Assembly (NCBI GenBank): GCA_963667725.2
Contig: CAXXHO010000003.1
Span: 1-64,000 of the forward strand
DNA: 64,000 nt
Direction of reading: 5' to 3'
From: Treponemataceae bacterium
GTDB lineage: Bacteria; Spirochaetota; Spirochaetia; Treponematales; Rectinemataceae
Shown: piece after piece, positions 1-10,464 of the stretch
Layout: each line of letters starts with the position of its first letter
Position numbering within the stretch: the stretch's first letter is position 1
Position numbers and translations under genes: made by a program
Notes under the pieces: model-generated
The model's input: the letters and a program-made list of their open reading frames with translations, nothing else
Told to the model about the DNA's origin: nothing
Databases searched by the model: none

Positions 1-1148
1 TACCAGAGGGCTCCATCGGCGTCGGCGGCCGATGGAGCGCTGTCGGTGAGCGCCAGGAAGAGAATGGCGGCATTCTGCGAACGGTCAGCTGAAAGCCAAA
101 GCCTGGCGAGATAGTAGGCGGCTACCCAGAGCCTTTCCTCGGATTTTTTCGCAGCGAGCGCGGAAACGATAGCCTCGGGACTGTCCGGCGTCTGTACATC
201 AGGGAAAAACGACATGAAGAAAGCGATGCCTTCATCCTTGGCGCCGGCGTTAACGTAAGCCTTGCCTGCCTCTGAGATGAGGAAACGCGCCGTTCCCGGC
301 TCGTGCAGAAGCCTGCCCGCGCCCGTGGCGTGCGCGGCAGCCTGGATATATTCTTTTTCCCGGAAATCCGCGCGCATGAGGACGAGTTCTATCGTCTCGA
401 CATCCAGATCGGGCGCCGTCGCGGCGAGGCGAAGTATTTTCGCGCCCCAGGAATCGAGCGAAGCGGTTTTGAGATAGGCTAAGCTCGCCTTGCTCCAGGA
501 AAAATCGCCAAGCGCGGCGCGAGCCGAATATTCATAGAAAGCGAGTTCGCCGATTTTGGTTTTCGCGATCGAAGGAGAGACCGCGCGCAGCGTCTCTATC
601 GTTTCAATCGCGCATGCGGGATCTCCGGATTCCATGCAGGTGGTGATGAGGGTTTTGAAGATTTCCCAATCCGGCCCGAAATAATCCAGCCAGAAGGAGG
701 CGATATTCTTTATCGGGGCGGGCGCCGTGGCCTTTACCGCGCGCTGGAGCAGGGCTTTGCCCGCTTCCCTCGCCGCCACTTTCTCGCCGAAATGGAAGGC
801 GAGGGTATACATAGCCTCTATCGAGGCCTGCTGTTCCGGATCGGCCGCTCCGTCCTGCTCTAGCTTCTTGGCCTCGTAATACCAGGCCTCCGCCCCCATG
901 CCTTCCTGGGTCAGGGGCAAAACGTCGAAAATCGGGACCTGCGCTTCCTCGACGCCAGTCGACGAGATCGCGACGCTGTCCTGGACCGGAGCGACATCCT
1001 GTGCCGGAACGCCCTCCTGAACCGGAACGCCCTCCTGAACCGGAACGCCCTCCTGAACCGGAACGCCCTCCTGGGCCGACAGCCCAAGGACGCCCATCCC
1101 CGATGACAGAAAGACAAGGAGCATAGTCGTGGAGAAAAGCCGTTTCAT
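1..1148 (-). CDS. Secreted alpha-helical/TPR-like protein, possibly the N-terminal part of a soluble lytic transglycosylase (runs off the left edge)
   Basis: Not in the ORF track. My translation from ATG at 1148 gives MKRLFSTTMLLVFLSSGMGVLGLSA (signal peptide), then QEGVPV repeats and an open helical region including AYYLARL...ADADGALW. No catalytic domain is in the window. Confidence 0.55.
   Translation of the reverse strand, partial: MKRLFSTTMLLVFLSSGMGVLGLSAQEGVPVQEGVPVQEGVPVQEGVPAQDVAPVQDSVAISSTGVEEAQVPIFDVLPLTQEGMGAEAWYYEAKKLEQDGAADPEQQASIEAMYTLAFHFGEKVAAREAGKALLQRAVKATAPAPIKNIASFWLDYFGPDWEIFKTLITTCMESGDPACAIETIETLRAVSPSIAKTKIGELAFYEYSARAALGDFSWSKASLAYLKTASLDSWGAKILRLAATAPDLDVETIELVLMRADFREKEYIQAAAHATGAGRLLHEPGTARFLISEAGKAYVNAGAKDEGIAFFMSFFPDVQTPDSPEAIVSALAAKKSEERLWVAAYYLARLWLSADRSQNAAILFLALTDSAPSAADADGALW
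1004..1073. repeat. 18-bp tandem repeat (CCGGAACGCCCTCCTGAA) x ~3.9, in frame, encoding (QEGVPV)n
   Basis: Units start at 1004, 1022, 1040 and 1058; degenerate copies follow in the protein (QDVAPV, QDSVAI). Confidence 0.95.
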
Positions 1149-1186
1149 GACGGCTGCCTTTGCGTAAGCTGTCTGGATCATCATAT

Positions 1187-1933
1187 TCAGCGGCGCGCTA
1201 CCGCTACCAGGCTTTCGGCTTTTTCATCGTAGGGCCTTCCGTCCAAGCCGCCGAAAATCTCCACGGAAGCAAAGCCCGCTTCCTTAATGGCTTTTTTCAT
1301 CTCATACCCCGAATAGAGCCGGAGAACGAAGGATCGGTCTATGCAGGTAGTTCCCCGCCGCAATATCCATCGGTTCCTTTCGCCCTCCCAGTCGCCCACC
1401 ACCTCGTATTCGGTCTTTACGTTCCAGCCGGCGCGCTCGAATTCCTCTCCCTTCATGAAATCCCTGGCGGCTAATTCCTTGCCGATGGTCTCCACGATGA
1501 GACAGCCTCCGAGGGCGAGGTTTTTAGCGCAGTTGCCCAGCATGAGAAGATCGTCCTCACGTCTGGCGAAATAGCCGAAACTCGTGAACAGATTGATGCA
1601 GAGATCGTAACTGCCGGTCCTCAGGAAGTGCCTGACATCCTCCCTGACGAATTCCGGGGAGACGCCGACGGCTTCGGCGGTTTCTTTCGCCGCGTCGAGG
1701 TACGCCTTCGTCAGATCGACACCGGTAACTTCGAAACCACGGCTCGCGAATTCCACCGCGTGCCGGCCTACGCCGCAGCAGAGATCCAGAATTTTGGCGA
1801 CCTTGGCCGGGGAGGCAAGCTTTAGAATATTGTCGACGACGGTGGGCACCTCGGCCCAATGGGCTTCGTCGAACATGAGAGGAGCGTAGGTTATCCAGAA
1901 ATCTTCATCCTCGAACCATTCGGGTATGCTCAA
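1187..1933 (-). CDS. Class I SAM-dependent methyltransferase
   Basis: ILDLCCGVGRH motif I, VTGVD, NLFTSFGYF. Confidence 0.9.
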   Translation of the reverse strand: MSIPEWFEDEDFWITYAPLMFDEAHWAEVPTVVDNILKLASPAKVAKILDLCCGVGRHAVEFASRGFEVTGVDLTKAYLDAAKETAEAVGVSPEFVREDVRHFLRTGSYDLCINLFTSFGYFARREDDLLMLGNCAKNLALGGCLIVETIGKELAARDFMKGEEFERAGWNVKTEYEVVGDWEGERNRWILRRGTTCIDRSFVLRLYSGYEMKKAIKEAGFASVEIFGGLDGRPYDEKAESLVAVARR

Positions 1934-2295
1934 AGCGCTTTATGCTCCATGACGAGGGACATGGCATAGGTTAGGACTTCCATATCCAGCTCGCCCGCGT
2001 CGGCGGAAAGCATATCGCGCAGTCCCTTCCATTCATCATCGGAGAGAGGGGTTTCGTCATAATCCTGGAGAAAGATGCCTGCCATGGCGACGAGCCACTC
2101 CGATGCGTGGACGGCGTCGACCTGCCGCTTGCTCTCGAAGGTGGAGAATAGTTCCTCCCTGGAGGATTGGGGGAGAAAGCCGAAATAACGGTCGATGCAG
2201 GAGCCGTACGGCGCGGCGCGGGCGTTTGCCGGCAGCCTGTCCGCTTCCGCGAGAGAACGGAGAAGATCACTTCTTGTTTTTTCCGAGGGTTTCAT
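1930..2295 (-). CDS. Hypothetical protein
   Basis: 121-aa ORF overlapping the methyltransferase start by 4 nt; plausible composition. Confidence 0.7.
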   Translation of the reverse strand: MKPSEKTRSDLLRSLAEADRLPANARAAPYGSCIDRYFGFLPQSSREELFSTFESKRQVDAVHASEWLVAMAGIFLQDYDETPLSDDEWKGLRDMLSADAGELDMEVLTYAMSLVMEHKAL

Positions 2296-2366
2296 CCTTA
2301 CGAATATCGGCAGGAGAAGGGCGGCACTTGACCGCGATCAGCCCCGTAAAAGCATTGCCGCCAGAT

Positions 2367-3032
2367 TCAGGTTACGGCCAGCAGAATAACGAAATCATAG
2401 AGCGCGTGGCCAAGGGCCAAGGCATGGAGACTTTTGCCCCTCATCATGAAAAACGAGAAAAGCAAGGCGAGAATGGCGGCGCTTATCATGCCGAAGACGC
2501 CCTGGGAACCGTGGGAAGCGCCGAAAAGCAGGGCCGACGCGAGAACCGCGCTCGAGAGGGGAAAACCAGACTTTTCAAAGGCCTTCACCGCGAAAAACCT
2601 GAAGAAGAGTTCTTCGGAATAACCGATGCCGAGGCTTGAGAGGATCATGAGAAATACGGATAACAGCTGGCGAGAGCTGCCGCCAAAGGGATAAAGCAGG
2701 GGATTCCGGGCGCCGGAGAAAAGGGCTAGCAGAGCGAAGATGAGGGCCACCGCGATGGCCGCCGCGGCGATGAGAATTCCGTTCGCCATATCCTTCGCCT
2801 GGGGAAAGAGGCTGGAGCGGGTGAAACCTGTGGTCTCGAATCCAAACCATGCTCTCGTTAAAAAAACGACGAAAACGAAGCGCAGCACGCTTTTCGCGGC
2901 CGAAAAGGCATACCAGGATGCGGAAAAAAGCGCTATCTGGGGCTGAGGCAGAAAGAGGTCGATCCACGTAAGCCCATAAGCGGCGAGGAGGAGAAGAATG
3001 GGCTTCAGCCTGTCGATGCGTTGGTTTTCCAT
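2367..3032 (-). CDS. CPBP (CAAX/Abi) family intramembrane metalloprotease
   Basis: SEELFFR, FGASH and HALYD motifs; multiple TM segments; start moved to ATG 3032. Confidence 0.9.
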   Translation of the reverse strand: MENQRIDRLKPILLLLAAYGLTWIDLFLPQPQIALFSASWYAFSAAKSVLRFVFVVFLTRAWFGFETTGFTRSSLFPQAKDMANGILIAAAAIAVALIFALLALFSGARNPLLYPFGGSSRQLLSVFLMILSSLGIGYSEELFFRFFAVKAFEKSGFPLSSAVLASALLFGASHGSQGVFGMISAAILALLFSFFMMRGKSLHALALGHALYDFVILLAVT

Positions 3033-3135
3033 GGGGCTGCAGACAATTCTACACCAATCGCGAGGCGCTGTCATTTGAGTCGGACATCTATGCGGCCTTG
3101 AATCAGGATGAATCTTCGCGGGCGGTATAGGGGCG

Positions 3136-4713
3136 ATGGAAATGAGAGTATCTCATAAAGCCGACGAGAGGCAGGTCAACAAGCTCGCGCGCGGACTGGC
3201 GGCAGTCCTTTCGTACGCCCTGCTCCGGCAGGCCCCCGTGCTCTGGACGGCTCTAAGCGCCGCTCTCGTCTTCTATGGATCTCCGCCGCGGCCCCTCGCC
3301 GTTCTGCCGTTTGCCCTCGCGGTTGCCGGCGCCGCTCTCACCTTGAGCCAAAGCGGCTCCTCGCGGACCCGCCGCGTCGCAGGTATCGGCCTCGCCCTCT
3401 CCCTCGGGCTTGTCTGGGGAGCGGCCGCCACCCTTGCCGAGACAGCGCGCGCCCAGCCCGGCGAACTAACCCGCTTTCCCCTCGGCAGCCTTTCGGGCAT
3501 CGTCGCCTCAGACGGACGCCGCACCGCCAAGGGGAACAGCATCATGACCATCCAGCTGGAGGAGATAACCATCGCCTCGCCGGGCTGGCGCGCTCGGATC
3601 TCCTGGCCGCGCGGCCGCTCCCTCGTCCTCCTCGTCACCGACGGCGCCGGGGAATTCCCCGCCGGACGCCGAATCAAAGCGGGCAGAGCCTCGGCCATCG
3701 ACGCCGGCCAAGCCCTCTACTACGCCTCGGCGAAGGATATCGCGCAGGGCGGCTTTGTCTCGAACACCGCCCGCTTCAGAAGCAAAATAAGAAGTGCCTT
3801 CTCCTCGCGCATAGCCGCCGTGTCGGGAAGGGCCTTTCCCCTTGCCCAAGCCCTGCTTCTCGGCATCAAAGACGAAATAGACGACGAGGAATCGTCGCTC
3901 TTCCGCGAGGCAGGCTGCGCCCACATACTCTCGCTCTCTGGCCAGCATCTCTCCATCCTCTGCTCCCTCATGACCCTGCTCTTCGCCAAAATGCTGAAGC
4001 GCGCCGATATCGCCGATTTCGCGGCCCTGCTGTTTGCCGTCGTCTTCACCTGGCTTGCCGGCGCGGGACCATCGCTTCTGCGTTCCATGCTCATGACACT
4101 ATGCGGCCTCCTTCTGCGGAAGGCGGACAGGCCCCAGCGGGGCATGACGATACTCGCCCTCGTGTTCTGCCTCGCGCTCGGATGGAAACCCGCCGACGCG
4201 CGCAGCCTTTCTTTCACGCTATCGTACGCCGCGATGGCCGGCCTCATCCTCCTGTCCGCGCGATGGGAAAACCTGCTCTGGCGCATTCCCGCCTTCCTCG
4301 CGAAGCCGCTTTCCGCATCCTTGGCTGCGTTGTGCGCCACCGCCAGCATTTCCCTTTCCTCATTCGGTTTCTTCGCGTTGGGCGGCATCGTCGCGGCCAC
4401 CCTCTCGGGGCCGGTCGTTCTCCTCTTCATGTGGTCGCTGCTCGGAGGAACGCTCGTCGGCAGCCTTTTCCCCTTCCTCGGCGGCATCCTCTCCCGCTGG
4501 CACGAACTCATCCACGAAGTCATCCTCTTCATCATGGGAATCGGCGCCGCCCTCCCCTCGATCCGGCCGGAAGGCGAGGCCGCGAAGCTCCTTCTTTTCC
4601 TGACGATTGTCGCTTTGTCACTCTTCGTGTATGCTTATCCCTACGGCGAATACGCGATGAACCTGATGATCAAGACGCGGCGCCGGAGAGCTTTTTCCCC
4701 AGGAAAACCATGA
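3136..4713 (+). CDS. comEC: ComEC/Rec2 family competence membrane protein (no C-terminal metallo-beta-lactamase domain)
   Basis: FREAGCAHILSLSGQHL, PSLLRSMLM and SFTLSY match the Competence-domain motifs. Confidence 0.88.
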   Translation: MEMRVSHKADERQVNKLARGLAAVLSYALLRQAPVLWTALSAALVFYGSPPRPLAVLPFALAVAGAALTLSQSGSSRTRRVAGIGLALSLGLVWGAAATLAETARAQPGELTRFPLGSLSGIVASDGRRTAKGNSIMTIQLEEITIASPGWRARISWPRGRSLVLLVTDGAGEFPAGRRIKAGRASAIDAGQALYYASAKDIAQGGFVSNTARFRSKIRSAFSSRIAAVSGRAFPLAQALLLGIKDEIDDEESSLFREAGCAHILSLSGQHLSILCSLMTLLFAKMLKRADIADFAALLFAVVFTWLAGAGPSLLRSMLMTLCGLLLRKADRPQRGMTILALVFCLALGWKPADARSLSFTLSYAAMAGLILLSARWENLLWRIPAFLAKPLSASLAALCATASISLSSFGFFALGGIVAATLSGPVVLLFMWSLLGGTLVGSLFPFLGGILSRWHELIHEVILFIMGIGAALPSIRPEGEAAKLLLFLTIVALSLFVYAYPYGEYAMNLMIKTRRRRAFSPGKP

Positions 4714-5558
4714 CGATAGCCTACGATTCCCCGGCCGCCATAAAAACCTTTCTCGAAGCCGAAGGGCTGGCCATGTCCAAACGCTTCGGACAAAATTTCC
4801 TCGTCGACCCCAACGCGAGGGAAAAGCTCTATTCGGCGCTCGGGACAACGGAACCGGTCCATGTCTGGGAGATAGGCCCGGGCATCGGCGCGATGACGGC
4901 CCTCCTGCTCGAGCGAGGCCACCGTGTCACCGCCTTCGAGATCGACCATGGCTTCGCGCGCATCCTGCGCGGCCTGTTCGGCGACAACCCGCGTTTCAGC
5001 CTCGTCGAAGGCGACTTCCTCAAAACCTGGAAGGGCGCCCTAAGCGATAAGCCCGACATCATCTTCGGCAACCTGCCCTACAACGTCGCCCTGGCCATCA
5101 TCGCCGATCTTTTGGAGAACAAAGGCGTGCCCAGACGGATGATCTTCACGGTCCAGAAGGAAGCGGCGCGCCGGATAGCCTCAGGGCCAGGCACCAAGGA
5201 TTATTCAGCGTTTTCCGTCCTCTGCGCCTCTGTATGCAGGACGAAAATCCTCTACGACATCGGAGCCTCGGCCTTCTGGCCCAGACCCCGCGTCACGAGT
5301 TCCGTCGTAAGCCTCTCGCCGCGGCCCGATCCCATCGCCGCCGACGACCGATCGGGCTTCTCCCGCTTCGTGAGAAGCGCCTTTTCCTCGCGAAGGAAAA
5401 CTTTGAGGAACAACGTCCAGGCCATGGACAATGACTTCGCGGCCAACTTCGACGAAACCTTGGAGCGGCTGGGAATCCAGGCCGACATCCGCGCCGAAGC
5501 GCTTCAGCCCGAACAGCTGGCGGCGGTCTATTTTGCCCTCTCTTCCCCCAGGAACTGA
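4710..5558 (+). CDS. rsmA: 16S rRNA (adenine-N6)-dimethyltransferase
   Basis: KRFGQNFL, EIGPGIG, GNLPYNV, FSSRRKTLRN; ATG at 4710 overlaps the comEC stop (ATGA). Confidence 0.95.
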   Translation: MTIAYDSPAAIKTFLEAEGLAMSKRFGQNFLVDPNAREKLYSALGTTEPVHVWEIGPGIGAMTALLLERGHRVTAFEIDHGFARILRGLFGDNPRFSLVEGDFLKTWKGALSDKPDIIFGNLPYNVALAIIADLLENKGVPRRMIFTVQKEAARRIASGPGTKDYSAFSVLCASVCRTKILYDIGASAFWPRPRVTSSVVSLSPRPDPIAADDRSGFSRFVRSAFSSRRKTLRNNVQAMDNDFAANFDETLERLGIQADIRAEALQPEQLAAVYFALSSPRN

Positions 5559-5605
5559 GCATTCGATGCCTTGCCCCTTTATAGGCAAATCTTTATGATA
5601 TCGCC

Positions 5606-5971
5606 ATGCCCACCGTCCAGAAGAGCGTCGTAGCCGAAGACGAAATCGATACCGTCATCGGAAGAGATATACAATTCACCGGCGCCATCAACACCGACAA
5701 GTCCCTCCTGATCAAAGGCGAAGTATCGGGCAGCATCGTCTGCGGCGAGGATCTCTACCTCTCCCACGAAGCCATCGTCGATGCGGATATCCACGCGGGC
5801 AGACTGAGCGTGCGCGGCACGCTGAAAGGCAGAGCCGTCGCGGCGGAGAGCGTTCAAGTCCTTGCCGAAAGTTCGGTTGATGCTGCCCTTGCGGCGCCCG
5901 AAGTCATCATAGAAAACGAAGAGCGGTTCAAGGGAACCTTCACGATAACGGGGAATCGAGAAATTGACTGA
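5606..5971 (+). CDS. Polymer-forming cytoskeletal protein (bactofilin)
   Basis: DTVIGRDIQFTGAI...LLIKGEVSGSI beta-helix repeats. Confidence 0.88.
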   Translation: MPTVQKSVVAEDEIDTVIGRDIQFTGAINTDKSLLIKGEVSGSIVCGEDLYLSHEAIVDADIHAGRLSVRGTLKGRAVAAESVQVLAESSVDAALAAPEVIIENEERFKGTFTITGNREID

Positions 5972-6656
5972 CATCCGTCGCGCCTCCCGCGGACTTCTGG
6001 CTCTCGCCAGTCTCGCCCTTCTCCTCTCGGCCGGCGCCGCGTCTCGTGTTTTCGCCCAGGCGACCCAGAATTATTCCGTCTCGTCCGGCGAATCGATGCC
6101 CGGCTCCGAAATACTCAAGCTGACGACGGCCGGCAAACACGATGAGGCGCGAACCAGGGCCATGGCCAGGATCAAGGAAAGCAAGGACGACATAGACGCC
6201 TATGTCAGCCTCTCCTGGAGCCTCGTCGCCTTGCGCAAATATCAGGAAGCCGAACTTTACGCGCTGCGCGGCTACGAAATCCGCAAAGATCCCCGGCTCG
6301 CCCAGGCCATTGGCGAGGCTTCTTATTATCTCGGAAAAAACGACCTCGCCCTCGCGATGCTGAGGGAATACATCGCCAGCTATCCCGAAGGCCCGAGAGC
6401 CGGACTGTCCTTCTACCTCTGCGGCGAACTCTATATCCGCATGGCCCAATACATGCACGCCGACATCGCCTTCAGCACCGCCGTCCAGCACAATCCCAAC
6501 AATCCGGGATGGTGGGCCAGACTCGGCTGGGCGAGGGAAAACGCGCGTAAGGTCCTCCAGGCTCTCGATGCCTACGAAAAAGCGCTTTCCCTGAACCCGA
6601 ATCTCGTCGACGCGCTCGAGGGCAAGAAGCGCATACAGGAACGGATGCAGGGATGA
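5964..6656 (+). CDS. Tetratricopeptide repeat protein, secreted
   Basis: Signal peptide; TPR-like repeats (IGEASYYLG, ALDAYEKALSLNP). Confidence 0.85.
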   Translation: MTDIRRASRGLLALASLALLLSAGAASRVFAQATQNYSVSSGESMPGSEILKLTTAGKHDEARTRAMARIKESKDDIDAYVSLSWSLVALRKYQEAELYALRGYEIRKDPRLAQAIGEASYYLGKNDLALAMLREYIASYPEGPRAGLSFYLCGELYIRMAQYMHADIAFSTAVQHNPNNPGWWARLGWARENARKVLQALDAYEKALSLNPNLVDALEGKKRIQERMQG

Positions 6657-8107
6657 CAGTCTTGAGGGTCGCTTTCAGAACGCTTGGATGCAAACTCAAC
6701 CAGCTCGAGACGGAATCGGTGGCCGATGCTTTTTCGAACGGCGGAGCTCTGCTCTGTTCTTTTGAGGAAATAGCCGATCTCTATGTCGTCAACACCTGCA
6801 CGGTGACGAGCAAGGCCGAACAGAAGGCGAGGCGAGTGATGCGCCAGGCTCTGGTCCAGAATCCCCAGGCTGTCGTCCTCGTCACCGGCTGCTACGCGCA
6901 GATGGATCCCGAAGGCCTGGCTCTCGTCCAGCCCCGCACGATCGTCCTTCCTGGCGAAGAAAAATCGACGCTGCTTTCCCTCGCCGCATGGCTGCAGGAC
7001 AACTGGCAGGGCCACGGCGACCTCCAGGACGCCGTCATCGAGTGGAAAAGCGGCCGCGAGGCTCCGGGGAAAGCGCCGGCCGACAAAGCGTCCCCCGATC
7101 GCTTCGCCTATCATCCTAAAACCTTCGCTTTCCATTCGCGGCCTTCCCTTAAGATTGAAGACGGCTGCAACAACCGCTGCGCTTACTGCCGCGTCTGCCT
7201 GGCCCGCGGACCGGCCGTCTCGCTCGCCCCCGAACGCGTCCTTGAACGCCTTCGCGAACTCGAGGGCGCTGGCAAGGCCGAAGTGGTCCTCACCGGCATC
7301 AACCTCGCGCAGTATCGCGACGGCGCCATGAAATTTCCCGAACTTCTTTCCTATATGATAGAAGGCACCGAACGAATCCGCTTCCGCATATCGAGCTATG
7401 AGCCGGAACTGATCGACGAAACCTTCCTCCGCGCCTTCGCGAATCCTCGCGTGCAGCCTCATGTCCACCTCTCGGTCCAGTCCGGCTCCAGCGCCGTCCT
7501 GCGCAGGATGGCCCGCCCCTATACGGCCGAAAAAGTCGCCGAGGCAATCCGCGCCCTCAGGGCGACACGCGACGATCCCTTTCTCGCCGCCGACATAATC
7601 GCCGGTTTTCCCGGCGAGACCGACGCGGAGTTCGAGGAAACCTTCGCCTTCTGTCGCGACATGGATTTCGCCTGGATACATGCCTTTCCCTTCTCCGCCC
7701 GACCCGGCACGAAAGCCTTCGACATGAAGCCCAAGGTACCGGAACGCGTCGCCGGAGAAAGAGTGGCCAGGCTCACGGAGCTAGCCAAAGAGGGGAAAGC
7801 GCGCTATATTGATCGCTGGAAAGGAAATATCGTCGATGCTATTCTGGAAAGAAGTTGCAACCCCGATGCCATTGACGAGGTATCCTTGACAAGCGGGGAA
7901 ATCAATGGTGAACTGACCCCAGCCGCCGAAAGGGCGAGTGCTGGGCGGGCGGGGACTTCTTCGAACTACCTGAAGCTTTGGATCGAAGATGTTCCGCAGA
8001 CCTTGCTTCCGGGCAGCACTGTAAGGGCAAAGATTCTGGGACCCGAGGGCGCTTCCGGCATGGAAGCGCGGGCACTTTTTCAGGTTCTGCGGACGACGGG
8101 AAAATAG
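6653..8107 (+). CDS. mtaB: tRNA t6A37 methylthiotransferase MtaB
   Basis: TLGCKLNQLET, VNTCTVT, VTGCYAQ, radical SAM CNNRCAYC, HAFPFSARPGT. Confidence 0.92.
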   Translation: MTVLRVAFRTLGCKLNQLETESVADAFSNGGALLCSFEEIADLYVVNTCTVTSKAEQKARRVMRQALVQNPQAVVLVTGCYAQMDPEGLALVQPRTIVLPGEEKSTLLSLAAWLQDNWQGHGDLQDAVIEWKSGREAPGKAPADKASPDRFAYHPKTFAFHSRPSLKIEDGCNNRCAYCRVCLARGPAVSLAPERVLERLRELEGAGKAEVVLTGINLAQYRDGAMKFPELLSYMIEGTERIRFRISSYEPELIDETFLRAFANPRVQPHVHLSVQSGSSAVLRRMARPYTAEKVAEAIRALRATRDDPFLAADIIAGFPGETDAEFEETFAFCRDMDFAWIHAFPFSARPGTKAFDMKPKVPERVAGERVARLTELAKEGKARYIDRWKGNIVDAILERSCNPDAIDEVSLTSGEINGELTPAAERASAGRAGTSSNYLKLWIEDVPQTLLPGSTVRAKILGPEGASGMEARALFQVLRTTGK

Positions 8108-8170
8108 ATTTCCCACATTCCTGTCTTTTGCAGTATACTTCTGTATAAGAAATGTAGTCAGGAGGCCGAA

Positions 8171-9052
8171 ATGAAGCGAAATCACACGATGCTTTTTATT
8201 GGTGCCGCCTTGATCGCCCTTCTCATGGGATCTTGCGACACGCTATTCACGAATCAGTTTGAAACATTAGGGCTTGGCCAGGTAAGCCTCCAGATGATCG
8301 AGGACGCCGTCGCCGGCGGTACCGACGCGATCATCGCCGAATCGGGGCTCGAGGAAGGCGGCATTTCCCCCAGCTTCCTCGCCGCGGCCACAGCCACGCC
8401 CGAGACGGCAAATGAGGTTAAGGCTGTGCTGCAGGCGACCGTCAACGACCCTGCCGCCCTTCCCGAAGAAAAACAGGCCGCGCAAGTCCTTCTTATCGAG
8501 ATAGAGCTCGAGATGAACGGCGGCAACGACCTCATCGACAATATCGTCGTGGCCATCGGCGGCATCGATTTCAACAATTTCAACATGGGCGATCCCTCTG
8601 ATCTCGCCAACCTTCTTGCCTCCCTCTTCCCGCCCAAGGGCGCCAAGGTTCTTCCCGAAGGGTGGACGGTAGAACAAGTGGCTGCCGTCCTGGATGGCCT
8701 TGCCGAATCTCAGGACCGTTTTGCCGATCTTGCCCAGTACCTCGTGGACGGCGGCTACAGCGTGCCCGGAATCGACGCGGGCAGGATAGCCCAGGTGGGC
8801 ACCATCGCGAACATCTTGTCCCGGATAGATTACGTAGATACCACTTTTACTTTTACGTCAATCGGCGAGGCTCTCGCCAATCTCATCAACGATGTCACGG
8901 ATTCTCTCGATCCTGAGCATTTCCCCTATCAAACCTATATTCAGGTACCCCCCACGCTCATCGATGACATCAAAGCCGATACCGCGCTCCAGGATCTTTT
9001 CTCCGCCGCGGGTTTGGATCTCGTGGCGCTGCTGGATACCTTCGGGGCATGA
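8171..9052 (+). CDS. Acidic lipoprotein of unknown function
   Basis: GGAGG SD; lipobox LLMGS-C; helical and D/E-rich. Confidence 0.75.
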   Translation: MKRNHTMLFIGAALIALLMGSCDTLFTNQFETLGLGQVSLQMIEDAVAGGTDAIIAESGLEEGGISPSFLAAATATPETANEVKAVLQATVNDPAALPEEKQAAQVLLIEIELEMNGGNDLIDNIVVAIGGIDFNNFNMGDPSDLANLLASLFPPKGAKVLPEGWTVEQVAAVLDGLAESQDRFADLAQYLVDGGYSVPGIDAGRIAQVGTIANILSRIDYVDTTFTFTSIGEALANLINDVTDSLDPEHFPYQTYIQVPPTLIDDIKADTALQDLFSAAGLDLVALLDTFGA

Positions 9053-9087
9053 GCGTCCGAGCGCTCGCATAAATAAGGAGTAGAACG

Positions 9088-10239
9088 ATGAAAAAATCCA
9101 TTTGCTTGGTTTTAATACTCGCGCTCGGCGGCCTGGCTTTCGCGCAGACGGCCACATCGAGCGTATCCCCCAAAACCGCCAAGGTCATGGGCATGGGTGG
9201 CACCTTCCGCGTGTTCAGCACGGGCTATGACACCTTCTTCGGCAATCCGGCGGGCTTCGCCACGAAAAACGGTTCGCTCACCATAGCCGATCTGGCCACC
9301 TGGGCCTATTTCAAGCCGACCCAGGACAATATCGACAAGGCCATGGCCATCGCCGACGGCACGGCCACCGAATCCGAGACGGCTTCGTATATAGCCGACT
9401 GGGTCATCAACAACGGCCTCGGCGTCGGCGCCTCCCTCGGCCTCGGCTGGGCGGGCAAAGGCTTCGGCCTCGGCGCCACCCTCGTCACCGACGAAGTCGC
9501 CTCCGGCAACTCCCTGTTGGGATCGGTCATGACGAGCAGGACACAGGCCACGGCCGTCGCCGGCGTGGGATTCCCTATCAATCTCGGCCCCATAAGCATC
9601 AGGCTGGGAGCCGATGCCCGCGCCTATTATCTTCTCGATAATTCGCCGGCTTCGGGCTGGCCCTTCGCCAACATCGCCACGGAAGCCACCAGTGACGGCG
9701 GTGACCCCATGACCGCCATCCGCGATCTCGACGCCATTGGCGGCTACGGATTCGCATTCGACGCCGGAGCGACCATCGGTTTCGGACCGCTCATGATCGG
9801 CGCCATGGTCAGGGATTACGGCCTGGAATTCAACAGAGGCGTCACCAAGATCGGTACCATCATGGATACGATGACCCTTCCCACGGACGGAACCGATGCC
9901 TATATCCTCATGCCCGAGGTTTCCGTGGGCGCCGGACTCCAGTTCAACCTGGGAAAGGTACTCGCCCCCTCCTTCTATATCGAAACGGAAGACCCCCTCA
10001 CCTTTGTCGAAGAGGGCATGAACGGCATGTGGAACAAGATCCACGCCGGCGCCGAAGTCAAGCTTTTCAACTTCCTCGCTCTTCGCGCCGGCCTCAACAA
10101 GGGCTGGGTATCGCTAGGCGCGGGGCTTGACCTCATTATTTTCGAAGTGGACGCGGCTTTGTTCACCGAAGAATTGGGCGATATCCCCGGAGACTTCGGC
10201 AGGACAGGCATAGCGATTCAGGCCGCCTTTAGGTTCTGA
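9088..10239 (+). CDS. FadL/PorV/TraF-like outer-membrane beta-barrel (paralog 1)
   Basis: Signal peptide; AKVMGMGG...FFGNPAGF hatch motif; amphipathic beta strands; C-terminal Phe. Confidence 0.75.
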   Translation: MKKSICLVLILALGGLAFAQTATSSVSPKTAKVMGMGGTFRVFSTGYDTFFGNPAGFATKNGSLTIADLATWAYFKPTQDNIDKAMAIADGTATESETASYIADWVINNGLGVGASLGLGWAGKGFGLGATLVTDEVASGNSLLGSVMTSRTQATAVAGVGFPINLGPISIRLGADARAYYLLDNSPASGWPFANIATEATSDGGDPMTAIRDLDAIGGYGFAFDAGATIGFGPLMIGAMVRDYGLEFNRGVTKIGTIMDTMTLPTDGTDAYILMPEVSVGAGLQFNLGKVLAPSFYIETEDPLTFVEEGMNGMWNKIHAGAEVKLFNFLALRAGLNKGWVSLGAGLDLIIFEVDAALFTEELGDIPGDFGRTGIAIQAAFRF

Positions 10240-10300
10240 ACCTAAGGCGCGCGGCGGGCAGCCGACCTTTTGACTGCCCGCCTCTTCTTTCTTTATTTTG

Positions 10301-10327
10301 AAGTCCGCCCTTCTGGGCGGACTTTTT
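10301..10327 (+). terminator. Rho-independent terminator
   Basis: AAGTCCGCCC-TTCT-GGGCGGACTT followed by Ts. Confidence 0.8.
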
Positions 10328-10464
10328 ATCGGTCCGCTTTCTTCCGGACTGTGTTATCTATTATAGGCTATGTGCCGATATACATACTTTGCGCATTCAA
10401 TTGAGTCGTGAACTATAGTACAACATATATATGGCGCTGACGCCAAATTTTCGGGGAGGAAGTA

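Noticed and set aside
1004..1073. Short repeats as a CRISPR array
   Set aside because: The units abut with no spacers, lie in frame in a CDS, and no cas genes are present.
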